This document shows, piece by piece, positions 31,613 to 46,226 of a DNA stretch of 64,000 bases. The notes below the pieces were generated by a model that was not told the DNA's origin, searched no databases, and saw only the letters and a program-made list of their open reading frames with translations. The number at the start of each line of letters is the position of its first letter. Position 1 is the stretch's first letter. Made by a program: the position numbers and the translations under genes. Source of the stretch: the human T2T-CHM13v2.0 reference genome, Homo sapiens; assembly GCF_009914755.1 (NCBI RefSeq), contig NC_060934.1; one strand, 5' to 3'.

Positions 31613-32063
31613 GCTAGGGTTAGGGTTGGAATGCAGACAATATAAGTCACTCTAAATATTTTAAGCAGAGTGTAATTCGGTGGAGACAATTTTATATGTG
31701 TAAATTGTTGAAATGGTTGGATGAATGAGCTCTAATGAGGTCTTCTAGAAATGGCTCCCAGAATTGGCTCTCCGTAAGACCAACTACCACTACAGTAGTT
31801 ACAGGACATCTTTCTTGGTGAGATATATTTATGTCTATATGTATATCTATATCATTTGTATCTATATGAAGTTACAGAACATCTTTCTTGGTGAGGTATA
31901 TCTATATGTAAATCTGTAACTATATCTAACATCTGTCTGTATCTATATGGAAGGGAGGATAAAGCCAGAAGTGGGAATGGTGGTATCTTGAACAAATGAA
32001 AAGCCAGCATGTTTCTTTTGATGTTTATGGAAGTTGGTGCAAGCGAGTTAAGGAATACCATGA

Positions 32064-32360
32064 ATTTCCAATAGAGTCACAATGTGTAAGCCACATATTT
32101 ACTTTTACATTTTCTAATAGTCACATTTTTAAAAACGAAATTAATTTTAATAATATATTTTAATTCGATCTACCCAAATTTTAGCAGCTTAACACAAAAT
32201 CAGTATAAAGTATTAATGAGATATTTTGCATTCTTGTTTACATACTAAGTTTTTAAATCCAGTGTGTATTGTATACTCACAGCACATCTCAATTTGAATT
32301 AGTCACATTTCAATTACCCAGTAGGTACTCATGGCTATTGGTTACCCCAGTGGACAGCAA
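32064..32360. mobile_element. MER33-like hAT-Charlie MITE
   Basis: tccaataga...gccacat...ttaatgagatattttgcattc...cagcacatctcaatt...ggacagca. Confidence 0.8.
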
Positions 32361-32495
32361 AGGAGATAAAATCAGCACTCTAGGGCACTTTTGGGCCTGT
32401 CTCTGACAAAAGAGCTCCATTAGTTGATGTGATATTTGTAAATTTCCAATAATTTCAGCTATTTTCCTATTTAATAGAAGTATAAAAATGTACCT

Positions 32496-32804
32496 TGCCA
32501 GGCACGGTGGCTCACACCTGTAATCCCAGCACTTTGGGAGCCTGAGGTGGGCAGATCATCTGAGGTCAGGAGTTCAAGACCAGCCTGACCAACATGGCAA
32601 AACCCCATCTCTACTAAAAATACAAAAATTAGCCAGGCATGGTGGTGGGTGCCTGTAATTCCAGCTACCTGGGAGGCTGAGGCAGGGAGAATTGCTTGAA
32701 CCTGGGAGGCGGAGGTTGCAGTGAGCTGAGATCTTGCCACTGCACTCCAGCCTGGGCGACAGAGTGAGACTCTGTCTGAAAAAAAAAAAATAAAAAACAA
32801 AACA
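32496..32804 (+). mobile_element. AluSx/Sz
   Basis: full dimer; TSD aaaaatg(t/c)acct. Confidence 0.95.
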
Positions 32805-33861
32805 AAAAATGCACCTCAAGGTCAAATGTGAAAGCACAGGCACCATGTTCTAGTGGATTAGATATTAATATCAGACTCTCCTCTTATTAGCTATTTTTAC
32901 CCAATGTATCTGAAACACAGTTTCCTCTTCTATAAAGCAGAGATAATTTCCACATGTTTCTTAGGTTCTAAGATTCTTAAGAATTAAAAGAGGTAACTGC
33001 CCATGTAATTTACTTAATGTCTGGCATATGGTAGGAATTTTTCAAAAAAAAAAGTCTCATTTTACATTATCCTGTATTTTTTATATCTCTACCTGTATTC
33101 TTTAGGTGGTGTAAACATTTGACAGTAAACCTTGTTTATTTGCATTTTATTAAGCACGTTTCTTTTATTTGCTTTGGCAAAATTATATTTCTTGCACATA
33201 TCACAAGCATATCCTTATTTTATATTACTTTATAACTATAAAATCTTATTATTTATTGAAAACATCTCTTATTTTTGATGTCTCATGAGTAGTGTATGTG
33301 TGTGTATCTTTAGAATGTTTAATGATTCTTAATTTCTCATTACTGCAAAAACACTTAACTTGGAATTTGCACAATGTAAACTGGGATAAATGGCATTATG
33401 TTCTAGCAACAGTAACAACATCCATTAAACTTTTGGAAATGACTCTAGTTCACACAGACTTTTCATCTGTATTCATGTGTGTAGGCTAACAATTCCATCA
33501 AGGATAGCTTAAAATAGAAAAGACAAGAGGGGAAAAATGTATATATTTAGGAAGATGCAATTGAGCAGAATCTGGAATCAGTAATTCTGATTAATCAAAA
33601 TAGACCCAGGGCTTTATTAGCAAAAGTAATATTAAATTATTATTAAGTCCCTAGGAGTCACATTTAAGAGCTTATCTGGATGGCAATTTTGTTAATTGCT
33701 AAATGATGAAGGATAAAAATAATTGTTTTATGAATTTTAATAAGAAAAAGACAACCAACTTTCCTCTTCTAAATGTCCATATGCAAATTCAATCACGGTC
33801 ATATTCTCTACTTATTGACATATATTTAATAAAACCTATATATATGCAATCAGGGCAGGAG

Positions 33862-33863
<2 letters not shown>

Positions 33864-33903
<40 letters not shown>
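33864..33903. repeat. (GT)20 microsatellite
   Basis: perfect dinucleotide run. Confidence 0.97.
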
Positions 33904-33906
<3 letters not shown>

Positions 33907-34184
33907 AGTTTAATCACCACAGCTACTTCCAAACAGGAGTTATTCAATACATCTGTTTTGGGATATAACATGGAAATCAGTTTCTTTAAAAAACGTATGT
34001 AAAACAATGAGGACTGAATAGCTCATCTTTCAGGTCACTCATTTCTCTGCAATATTTAGCAGTGCTTTAAAACTAGTGCCTAGTGATGAGAATGCTGGTG
34101 TAGCAACTCAGTCAGAGTCCTGAAATAGGAATATCTGACTGGTTGTGTGTGGCTAAATAATTTCGTGAAACCTACATATGCTGT

Positions 34185-34410
34185 TTAGTGCAAAGTACGT
34201 GTTACATGCTGAGATTTAAAGACATAAACTTGGATCTTGACACTGCTTACTAACTGTGTGATGTCAGCTAATCTACTTCAACCTCTCTAATTCCTATCTT
34301 TACGTTCTGTACCATGGGGACTGTCGGAATCTACTTCTGAGCGATTTGAAAAATAAATCAGATAGTAACATATAGCACTTTTGGAACAATGTATGGAATA
34401 CAGTCGGTGT
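34185..34410 (+). mobile_element. MIR
   Basis: 'ctgcttactaactgtgtga...aacctctct'. Confidence 0.6.
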
Positions 34411-36711
34411 TGTGTGTTACTTTTTTTGCCTCTCTTTATTCCTGCTAAGGAGACTATGAAATTAAACTGTACACATGGTGACATTTCTTAAAAGGATATT
34501 TTATACTTGCTGTTCTTTCTTCCTCATGTTCTATTCACTGCTGAAAGCAAGGGTTCAGTTCTCCTTTGCCTTCACTTTCTCTTCAGAAAAAAAAATTGCT
34601 TTCAAAAAGTCTCTAAAATTTCTAATTGCTAAATGTGGTGGTTTAACTGATTATACATAATAAGAAATGGAGAAGAAAGAACAGTCACAATAAAGATCCA
34701 GAGATAGAAGTGACATGACGGCTACTGATGGACAAAGGGGACAAAGAAGAAATTATAGTTTTGAACGTAGAAAACCTTACAAAACAGAACTGAGATTCAG
34801 AGAAGTTGATGAGTTGGCTGGATATGATGTGTGTGAGGGAGAGAAAAGTTCATTTTTAAAAATATTGGCATATTCCACCGAATATTTTCCAAATTAATGT
34901 TTTCCCAATAAAACACTTCTTGGTTTTTAATATCCAAATTTCACAGAATGCCTCTTTTTGCTTTTGGTTTTTGACTAATATCTGTATTGGAAATACATAT
35001 TGACATCACCCCAAACACACTAGACTACTGTTCATACAGTATGTTGTGCAAGAAAAATCACAAGTTCCATTCCAAATACAAGTTCCATTCCAAACTGGTA
35101 GACAAAGACGTTTTGAAGATTTTGTGGAGTAGCAATGGAGGCTGTTCATCATGGGTGTTGCTGGAACTGGGAGAAACAGCACAGCATTAGATGCACTGTG
35201 GGCCAATACTCCACTGCACACTTCTTCCAAATAAATTTCACTATTGTCTTTCCTGTGTAGTCATGTTTTTGTCTAACTTGAGCTATAAATGGCCCTAGAA
35301 GTTGAGAAAGTGTTGGAGAAAATTGTGGAGAGGAAAGCAAAGCAAGTGAAAAAAAAAGACATCACGATGTAGGAGAACATAAAAAGAATACAGGATTTTG
35401 ACCCAGGAGAGCTGGCTTTGATGAAGTAGATGAAAAAAAAAAATAAAGAACTCTTGGAAAATGTAACTGAGGGATTCACTACCAAGTTTATTTATATAAA
35501 CATGTAATGTTAGTCTAAAGAAGACAGCAGTGAAGACCCAACAAACCAGCTCATCACACGGATAGACATCACTGGTTTCAAAGAATTTATGGCCCTTGCA
35601 AATGCCATGATAAACATTACACCTTTATTAGTTTCACTGGATTTCATCTGCATTTTAAGAACTTAGAATGATGGTAGATATGGAATACCTTATAATTATC
35701 CCCATTTACATAATGGGAAATTTAAAAAGAGAAAAATTAAAATAATTATTATAATTATAATGGGAAATTGCCTCTAGGATCTAGCATTTCATTTATATAA
35801 GCAGGACATCTGACTTTCAGGAATACATTACTAAAAGTATATGAGTAGGGGGTATACTTTGTTTAAATTCTCCATGGGGCATGATGGTGTATATATTCAG
35901 TCAGCACTTGGACTTGTGAAACTTCAGATCTCTGAATGGCCAGGGATGAACTGGGCCTTTTAATGTCTGAAAGCTCTGTTTATTTTCTGCTACCTAGGTC
36001 TATTTAAAAATACTTATCTTCTGTTCGTGGATCTAATGATAAGTAGCCTAAATAGCTCCACAGCCTCTCTCTCCTTTAAATATAAGATATTTTCCTGGAA
36101 ACCTGCTTTTTTGTATATTTGTCCTAAGGACTAAAATTTCTTCATCATGGCAGCTAGATTGTCTACCCATCCCTGCTCACTCTCATTCCCAAATTCCTCT
36201 ATTGCTGGTGATAACTATATTTTACCTATCCTCTTTCTTCCAATTTCAGATGTTATAGTACAGAAATTGTATACAATTCTGTATGGCCTGCATAGAAAAC
36301 ACTCCTGGAAATACTAGCTAATATTTTTAATATACTTAAATTGCTTTTGAATATAACAACACATAGTAAACAGCCTTATAAATATTGACACAGCAGCTTC
36401 TCCCACATTATTTACCCAGTGCATCAATTTAAAAATGCATGACATCATTATGTATGAAAATTATAGAATGATTTAGTAGAAAATAGTAATAATGTTAAGT
36501 TGCATATTATTGTACTGCAATATTTGTTCATAGTAGCATAGTGTTATTTTAAAATCTCTGGTTAAGATAACCAGTGAAGTTTTTTTTTTGAAATTCATTC
36601 TTTCATATAGCTTTACTATGATCTCATTATTACACGAATTAACTACATAAAAGTAAGCACCGTTGCCTAAACAAGTTGTCATTGTTTTATCAAATCACCC
36701 AAGACTGGAGG

Positions 36712-37205
36712 TGTGGTAGTCTGCTATTTGCTCCTCAACAGCCATTCTCTTCTGTTTCTTGTAGTAATAAAACTCCCAATACTTATATAGATACATAGCC
36801 AAACAGAGTAACGACTCTATTTCCCAGTCTCTGTTATCACCAGTGTGGAACATGTGAATATATTTTGCCAATGGAATGTGAACATATACTATACACAATC
36901 TGTAGTTTGTGCAATTAAACAGAAGAGGCATTCCCTCCATTTCCCTTCTCTCCTTCCCACTGGCCAGCATGTGAATGTGAGGGCAGGAGCTCAAGCTTTG
37001 ATCTCAGTTCATGAGTTTGAAGAATTGCCTCTTCAGCAAAGAACATGGTAGAAGGGGTCTGGTTCCCATCCCCCAGACACTAAAGAGCTGCCATATCAGC
37101 CTACGATTTCTTAGCTCATATTGTTCTGTGAAAAAGAGAATAATCTCTCACCTTTTCACTGCTATCTTGTGGTTTGGCATAGCAGCTAAGCCTACATCTT
37201 AATAA
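36712..37205 (+). mobile_element. MLT1J/I-like LTR
   Basis: tgtggtag start, 'atttcccagtctct', 'gccaatggaatgtga', 'gtgaaaaagagaataatctct..tagcagcta'. Confidence 0.7.
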
Positions 37206-38119
37206 AGGAACTTACTATTTTTCATTATTATGTGCTATGTAACTAGGATGTTTAACTGAATGTTGGCTTATCCCTAGTTAAACTCAGAAGATCTCTAATT
37301 TCCCAGAAGTCATCAAGAAAGATGTTCTGTGACTTCTGTATTGGTAGTCGGTTTCATGGAGAGCCAATTCTGGGAGCCATTTCTGGAAGACCTCAATAGA
37401 GCTCACTCCTCTAACCATTTCAACATTTTATCTATGTAAAATTCTCTCCATAAAATTACATTCTGCTTAAAATATTTATGGTGATTTAGATCGTCTGCAT
37501 TTAAACCCTGACTAACCCCAGTATTTCTTATCAAAAGTTCGGTTTTATTGTTTGAATCACTTGTGGTTGTATAAATTTTCTAGATGTGACATTCTGATTC
37601 TAAAGATTCAAATTTTTTTCCCAAGAAAGTGCCCCAAATTTTACTTATAGGACCTTTCCAGGCTTGGTTTTAATCTTTATTCTAATTCTGCAATCTGATG
37701 AGTCAAATCCTGTGTCTGATTTTTGCCTGCGTCAGCTTTGTGCCTACAAGCAAGAAGAAATTCTTTTAGGGCTATCATAGCAATACTCTGAATTTCTGAC
37801 CAGCCCGTGAGTCAAGAATTTAAGAGCCAATTATTTCTTTTTATAAACTCTCTGATTATCAACTTCAGTGTATCCAATTTACTCCTATAATACTTGAATT
37901 TCTTATACCGCTCACTCTGCTATGGAAACCACCATTTGGTATTCTAATACTTTGCCTTTAATGGATACTTCTTTCCTGGTAACTGTAGATAATATTGAAA
38001 GTATTATTTTGTGCCATGTATTACTAGTAATGTTCCTCTAATGGTAACATACCCTCACTCCCTCCAAATCTAATCAGGTCATGTAAACAATACAGATAAG
38101 CAAAGACAAAAAGTAATTT

Positions 38120-39200
38120 CATGGGAGGTTATTTGAGCAGACTTGAAGGAGATATGGAAATTAGCTAAGCAGACATCAGAGAAGAGAGAATCCCACACAT
38201 AGGAAGCATCCCAGGTGATGGTACCAAGACAGGGCATGCCTGACAAAGAAGAGGCCAATGTAGCTGAGAAACTAAAGCTGGAAGAAGGTAGTGGGATAGG
38301 AGGTCAGAGAGGAGATGGGGAGGCAGGTTTCGTAGGTTACTACAAGGGCTTTGGTTTTAATTTTGAGCAAAATGGATAAAACCCTGCAAGTGATGTGATC
38401 TGACTTATATTTAGAAAGAATCTTTTTGGCTGTAATGTAGAGAGATTTCAGAATAACCAGGTAAGAGCAGCAGGACTACTTAGGAGGACGTTGAAGTTAT
38501 GCAAGCAAGAAATGATAATACCATAGACTAGTATGGTGGCAAAGAAGATAGCAAGAGGTGGTTAAGTGAAAGACTAGATGTGAGGTGAGAGGTAAAAAGA
38601 GGAATTAAGAGAGATTTTTGATTTGAGGCCCTTGAAGGATGAATTTGCCATCAGAGGAAGTGAGGAAGACTGTGGGAGGAGCAGATTTCATGGGGGAGAG
38701 TTCAGGCATTCAATTTGGACATGCTCAGTTTAAATGTCCATCGTCTAGGCACGTACAGATGTCAACTCAGCATTTGAATACAAATCTAAGCTTTGAGGGA
38801 GGCCTGAGAGGCAGACATTAATCTAGGAGTTGTCAGAATTAAAGTCATATGCATATAAAATCATCAAAGAATGAATAGACATTTATTCCTTGAAGAATGA
38901 ATAATAAAGGATAAGAGAAGATCCAGAGAAAAATAAAGAACCAGGAACTAAGCCCTGGGACATTCAACATTATGAGGTCAAGAGATAAAGAAAAGGTAAC
39001 AAAGAAAACAGACATAGAGAGACCAGAGTGAAAGGAAGACGATCAGGTGAACAGTGTTCTGGAAGCCAAAAGAAAATGAGTATTACCCAGGAGTGACTAC
39101 GTCAGATGTTGCTGCTGGGTTAAACAAAATGAGGTCTGAAACTGGCCATTGTATTTAGCAATGTGCAAGGCAGTGGTGAATTTTATGAGAGCAATTTTGC
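38120..39200 (-). mobile_element. L2 (about 1.1 kb)
   Basis: purine-rich antisense L2: 'gtgatgtgatctgacttatatttag', 'tttggacatgctcagtt', 'ggccattgtatttagcaa'. Confidence 0.8.
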
Positions 39201-39454
39201 ACTGTGTGTGTCTTCCTCCTCAACCTTGAAATCCCTTGTCTAATGACAAAACTTGTAGTGAAATGAGACTATAAGAAATGGCCCAAATTCTTAGAGAATG
39301 CCAGAGTTGACCAGGAGATTGAGAGAAGGCAATAAATAAGAAGCAACTGGAAGTTTCATAAGTGGGAGACATGGGTCTTAAAGGATGAATGAGTCTTGAT
39401 GAGACTAGGAGTTACAGAAGGAGGGTTAGTCCTGTGAGAAGAGCCAGAATATAG

Positions 39455-39605
39455 TACTCTGGCTTCCAAAGAATCATCAGTAATTTCTTTAAAAATTCTA
39501 ACTCCCAAGACATCCCACTTCCAGTGTCCCATAAGTCAGTATTTCTGTGGTTGAGGACTGATCATCAGGTGATTCTAATATGCAACCAGGGTGGAAAATA
39601 TTGCA
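39455..39605. mobile_element. MER5-like MITE
   Basis: 'caggtgattctaatatgcaaccaggg'. Confidence 0.6.
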
Positions 39606-40939
39606 TTGCATTGCAGTAAAAAAGAGACAGAGTAGTGTTTTGTGAAGGCCCTGAGAATATGAAGGAGTTTGTTTACAAACACAGAATCCTAGGGCATGAT
39701 GGAAAGGATTGTGAAGGGGCCAAAAAAGTTAAAAAATATCAGCATGGGAGGAGGAAGGGAAAACCAGTTTTTACATTAGAGGACAAGAAATAACTGGAAG
39801 TCACTTTTCTAGAATAAAAATATAAGGATCATAATGATCAGTGTCAAGGATGAAATTAACTGAGGGTGATGCTCTGTGGATCTTGCAAAGGTAGCACCTA
39901 GCAATATAATTGTTTAATAACAACTGACATGATTTAAATTTATTACTTGATATGCTAACTTAAAATGAATACCTCATTTCCTATAAGTGATTGGTAGGAA
40001 TGAAATCATTGCATAATTCCCAAAAATATGCTCCTGTATCACAAATATGTTCCTTAGCACTCACAATTTGGTTGTTTCTTAGGAGCTCTAAAAACCAAAA
40101 GACTACATTTTTAATGTCCTAAGTAATATATGTGTTTGTGTTTCTGATAAACTTAATCTTTACTGAAATATAAGGCAAGTTTGAAATTACAGAATTATTG
40201 GCATTATCTTGGTTATCAAGCTAAAACTAAACTATTTTTTACTGTGTGAGCTCCTAAAATATGTTCTAGTTAAATGAAAACCAAAAATGGTCATATGATA
40301 ATCTATTTTGAATAGTTGAGTGTAAGTGAAACAACACATTACATTTCTCTTGGAAGAAAAATATTATTGTGTGAAACTGAATATATTACATATCCCAATG
40401 AACTGAATTTGTTAGAAAACTTCAGCTTCACTTGAAATGCCAATTGGCTGTACTCTACTTATGTAATAGGGGTGAGATGTGCAGTTTAAAATAATTTAAT
40501 TTTTAACTCTATCATTGTTCCAAGAAAATGTCCTTAATTCAATTGAGGATTCTTTCCACATAAGCCATTTCTTTGATTTCTTTGGAAAGAATATTGGGGA
40601 TTAGCATATTATCTGAGTGCTATTATTTCAACTGATATTTGGTCTTCCCAACCTGCCACCACATCATCTGCTTTCACAGATACATGAATAGATTACAAAA
40701 ATAACATTTCTAAAAAGAATGTCATTTAAAATTTTAAAATTGTTTATATAAAATTTTGTGTCAAACCATAAAAATGAAAACACATACATGTTTTCTCTAT
40801 GAAATATATTTAATTTAAAATGAAATAAAATGAAAAGGAAAATGCTTAAAATTTTTAGATCTAGTTTTCCTACTCATTTGTCTCTATTTACATCTCTGTT
40901 CTGCCTTCTCAGATTATTTTCTTCATTCCTTAAATATGC

Positions 40940-42632
40940 TAACTCTAAGAAATGCTTTTAGTGATGATTTTTTTTGTGGTTACCTGTAATTAACTTAAAT
41001 GCTTTTACTTCAGCAGAGTGTTTGAAAATAGTTGAACTGGACATACTGCAGGTTTAGGTTGGAAGTTATTTTCTATTAGATATTTTCGACAGACATTTTA
41101 TCACTGTCTCTTGGTTTCTAATTTTGTGATCAAGAAATCAGCTCTGAATCTAATTGTCACACCTTTTAAGCAAAGTCTTTTTTTTTCCTTTTAAGCTTTT
41201 GTGATTTTCTCTTTGTCTCTGGTATTCCACTCAATACTATGATGTGTATTAGAATGGGTTTCTTATTCGTCCTGTTTGAGATTCATTAAGATTTCTCAGT
41301 CTGATAATTGACATGTTTTATAAATTCTAAAAAAAAAAAAACCAAGCTACTATGTTTTTTGAATATTGCTTTCTCTCATTCGAATCTCTGTTGAGACTTA
41401 CTTGGATCTTCTCACCTTATCCTTTCATTCTGGTATACAATACGATGAATTCTGACAAATACAGACCAGTATAAATTCAACTCCACCAAAATAGAGAACA
41501 TCTACATCAACCCAGAAACTTTCCTGTTCTCCTTCCCGGTAATACTGCCCTCCACCCCAGCACTCAGAGGCAACCAGTATTTTGATGTCTATTACCATAC
41601 ATTAGATTTGTTTGTCATGAGCTTCCTATCAATTGTGTGAATTTTAGAGTAGCGATCCACAACCTTTTTGGCACCAGGGACCGGTTTCATGGAAGACAAT
41701 TTTTCCACATACTGGGGAGTAGGGGGAAGGGGTGGTTTAGGGATGATTCAAGTATATTACATTTATTGTATACTTTATTTCTATTATTATTACTACACTG
41801 TAATATGTAATGAAATAAACATGCAACTTACCATAATGTAGAATCAATGGGAGCCCTGAGTTTATTTTCCTGCAACTAGATGGTCCCATCCGGGGGTGAT
41901 GGGAGGCAGTGACAGATCATCAGGCATTAGGTTCTCATAAGGAGCACACAACCTAGATCCCTTGCATGCACAGCAAATAATAGGGTTTGCGCTCCTATGA
42001 GAAGCTAGCGCTGCTGATGATCTGACAGGAGGCGGAGCTCAGGTGGTAATGTGAGTGGTGGGGAGCAGCTGTAAATACAGATGAAGCTTAGCTCACTTGC
42101 CCGCTGCTCACCTCCTGCTATTTGGCCAGTTCCTAACAGGCTATGGACTGGTACCAGTCTGTGGCCCAGGGTTTGGAGACCCCTTTTCTAGCGTGTCTGA
42201 CTCCTTTATCTCAACATAATATTTTTGTAACATATCCATATTGTTCTATTGTTTACTTGTTTATTTTAAATTAATGAATAGCATTTTATTGTATGACTAT
42301 TTCATAATGTGCTTATGCGTTCTGGTGATGAACATATGGGTTGGTTCAAACCATTAGACCTTGTGCATTAGGCTGCTGTGAAAATGTATATACACATCTC
42401 CTTGTAAGTACCTGGAACTTTGGTTGCTGGGTCCAGAAGCATGTCTTACTTTATAAGAAATAACTAAACAATTTTAAAATATGTATATCACTTTATAATC
42501 TCACTGGCAAATTTCAGTGTATGAAATTTGTAGTTGCCCCACATCTTCACCAGTATTTGGTTTGTCAGTGTCTTTAAGTTTAGCAATTCTAGTGGGCATG
42601 AAGTCTTGCATTGTGCTTCCAATTTGCATTTA
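40940..42632 (-). mobile_element. Old L1M/L1ME fragments (host of MER1A)
   Basis: 'taggttggaagttattttc', 'atcagctctgaatctaattg', 'ccacatcttcaccagtatttgg'. Confidence 0.6.
41650..42185. mobile_element. MER1A (hAT-Charlie), full length
   Basis: caacctttttggcaccagggaccggtttcatggaagacaatttttcc...gggtttggagacccct; 8-bp TSD ttttagag/ttctagcg. Confidence 0.92.
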
Positions 42633-44470
42633 AAAATTTTTTAAATTGCCACATCATAATTGTACTTATTTATGGGGTACATAGTGATACTGTAATACAT
42701 GCAATGTATAGTGATCAGATCAGGGTAATTTGCATATCCATTTCAAATGTGTATTATTTATTTGTATTGGAAACATTCAGTATCCTCCTTCTAGCTATTT
42801 GAAACTGTAATATATTATTGTTAGCTATAGTCATCCTAGTGTGCTGTAATACACTAGATCTTACTCCTTCTCTCTAGCTGTAATTTTATACCTTTAGCAA
42901 ACTCTCCCTATTCTCCTCTTCCTTCTACCCTTCCAAGCCTCTAGTATCCTCTGTTCTACTGTTTACTTCTAGGCGATCAACTTTATTTTAGCTTCTACAT
43001 ATGAGTGAGAACATGTGTTGTTTAACTTTCTATTCCTGGCTTATTTCACTTAACATAATGTCTTCAGTTCCATCCATGTTGCTGCTCACGATGGGATTTC
43101 TTGCCTTTTTATGGCTGAATAAGATTGCATTGCATATTTTTACCACATTTTCTTTATCCATTCACTTGTTATTGGACACCTAGGCTGATTTCTTATCTTG
43201 GCTATTGTGAATAGTGCTGCAGTAGACATAAGAGTGCATATATCTCTTTGATGTACTAACTATTTTTCCTCCTTCGGATAAATGCCCATGGGGGAATTGT
43301 ATGGCAGTTCTATTTGAAGTTTTTTGAGAAACCTCCATACTGTTCTTCGTAGTGGCTGCCCTAGTTTTCATTCTCAAGAAGAGTGTATAAGAGTTCTCTT
43401 TTCTCTGCATTCTCACCAGTATTTATTTTTTGTCTTATTGTATAATAGCCATCCTACAAGGGTGATGTGATACCTCATTGTGATTTTGATTTGCATTTCC
43501 CTGGTGATTAGTGATGTTGATCATTTTTTTCATACAATTGTTGGCCATTTCTGTGTGTTTTGAGAAATGTTTGTTCAGATCATTTGCCTATTTTTAAATT
43601 GGAGTATTATTATTATTATTTTGCTGTTGAGATATATGTTTTCCTCATATATTCTGGATATTAGTGCTTGGTTGGATGGATAGTTTGCAACATTTTCAAT
43701 TCAACAGGCTGTCTTTTTACCCGGTTGATTGTTTTCTTTGCTATGCTAAAACTTTTTATTTTTATATAATCCCATGTATTTACTTTGTTTTATTTTTGTT
43801 TGTTTGTTTTTTGCCTGTGCTTTTTTGGTCTTACTCATGAATTGAGTTCCCAGCCAAAACTCCTGAAGCATTTCCCTTATGTTTTCTTCTAGTAGGCTTA
43901 TAGTTTTGTGTCTTAAATTAGGTCTTTGATCAATTTTAATTTTGTATAGGCTGAGAGGCGGGGGCCTAGTTTCCTTCTTCTGCATGTGGATATCTAGGTT
44001 TCCCTAGCACCATTTATTTGAAGACACTGTCCTTTCTCCAGTGTCTATTCTTGGTGCCTTTGTCAAAAATCAATTGACTGTAGAATTGTGGATTCATTTT
44101 GGGGTTCTGTATTCTGTTCCATTGGTCTATGTTTCTGTTTTTATGCCAATACCATGTTGTTTTGGTTACTACAGCTTTGTAATGTATTTTGAAGTTTGGT
44201 AGTGTGATGCCTGCAGCTTTGTTCTTTTGATTGAGGATTGCTTTGACTATTTGGGGTCTTTTGTAATGCCATATCAGTATTAAGGTTTTTTTATATCTGT
44301 GAAGAACGTCATTGATATTTTTATAGAAATTGTATTGAATCTATAGATTTCTTATGTAGTATGCTTATTTTAACAATATTAATTCTGCTCAGTGATCATG
44401 GGATGTTTTTCCATTCCTTTGTATCCTCTTCAATTTCTTTCCTCAGTGTTTTGGTGTTTTCCTCGTAGAC
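42633..44470 (-). mobile_element. L1MA3-like, 5'-truncated, about 1.8 kb
   Basis: 'tatagtgatcagatcagggtaatt' 3' UTR and ORF2 C-terminal sequence; degenerate TSD caatttgcattt/caattcgctttt. Confidence 0.85.
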
Positions 44471-44519
44471 TTCAATTCGCTTTTTCCTGATAGCTTTTTG
44501 CTTGTGCTTTTTGGTGATT

Positions 44520-44527
44520 TGTGTATG

Positions 44528-44578
<51 letters not shown>

Positions 44579-45495
44579 AATTTAAATATATTTCTTTAAA
44601 TAATATATCAGTAATATATATAATGATACTTGCATCAAGTATATATAACAGATATCTGTAACTCAATGTTAAACAGACAAATAGATACTTTAGCAGATAC
44701 TCCAGAGGAATATATTTATTATTCCTCTGTGTATGTGTTAATATATATTTAAATATATTTATATATAACATTTAAATATTAATTATTTAAATTTAATATT
44801 ATATTATATATAAACTAATATTTATATATAAACTAATATATATAAGCTAATATTTAAATTTGAATATTAATTCTTGTATATAAATATATTTATATTTAAA
44901 TATACACTTATGTTGTATACATTTATGGTGTATATAATATATATTATGTGATATAAATATAATACATAATAAAATATATAAATATAAAATATGTATATAT
45001 TGTATATCTGTATATTAAATATACAACATATTGAAATATATTTATATATAAATGCACACACACACATTCTTCTATGGAGTAGCTGCTGAAGTATCTATTT
45101 GCTTAACATTGAGATATAGTTTTTTTATATACTCTGGATGGAAGTATCATTGTGTGCGTTTATATATAAATTTAAATATATGTAAATACACAAATATTTA
45201 AATATATTTACATATAATATGCAAATATGTGAATATATCCATATAAATATAGCCGCATAAATATATTTAAATATACATAAGTATACAGATATATTTAAAT
45301 ACATACATATTTTCAAATATGCATAAGTACACAAATACACACATATATTTAAATATATATAAGTACACACACACACACACATATTCCTCTATGGAGTATC
45401 TGTTAAAGTATCTATTTGTCTGATTAACATTGAGTTATAGATATTTTTTATATACTCTAGATGCCAGTATCATTATATATATTACTGATATATTA
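44520..45495. repeat. AT-rich/(TG)n/(CA)n complex with three copies of an L1-derived segment
   Basis: directly visible; see findings. Confidence 0.85.
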
Positions 45496-46226
45496 CTTTC
45501 TTCAGTAAGTGTCCTATTTATTTTCTTAATTGTGTCTTCTGATGATTGGAAATGTTTAGTTTTGATGACATACAATTTATTAACCTTTTTCTATAATGGT
45601 TGCTGCTTTCTATGCTTCTGCAAAGAATTTTTGTCCACCCTGGTCACAGAGATATTCTACTATATTTTCTTGGATGTTTTTGAGTTTTAGCTTTTACATA
45701 TAGGCCTCTGATTCATCATGAATTAATGTCATGTATGGTGTTCCAGCGTCATTTGTTGAAATGACGCTCATTTACCTATTGATTGCCTGGAAGATTTGGT
45801 TGAAAATTAATTATATACCTGTAGATCTACAACTGGTACTTTGTTCTCTTTCATCAATCTGTTTGCCTTATTTTACTACCAATTTTGTGACCTATATATT
45901 TTTATATAAATGTGAGACCCTACTGGGATATTGATTATCATATTATTAAATCTGTTAATCTGGGAGGATTGGTGTATGAATTATATTGACTTTTCCTATC
46001 CATGGGCATGATATATCTCTTCAATTGTTCAAGTATTCTTTCATTTGTCTCAGTGCTGCTTTTTAGTTTGATTGTATAGATCTTGTCTATATTTTTAAAA
46101 AAATTGTCTCTACTTTATTTTTTAATGTTATCGTTAAGTCATACTGGTTTTTTTGCTGTATTAAAACTACAATTAATTTTTATATGATACTTTTGTATTT
46201 TACAGCTTTGCTAAATTCACATATTG

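Noticed and set aside
31615-31627. tagggttagggtt as an interstitial telomeric repeat
   Set aside because: Only about two units; compatible with chance or an old LTR edge
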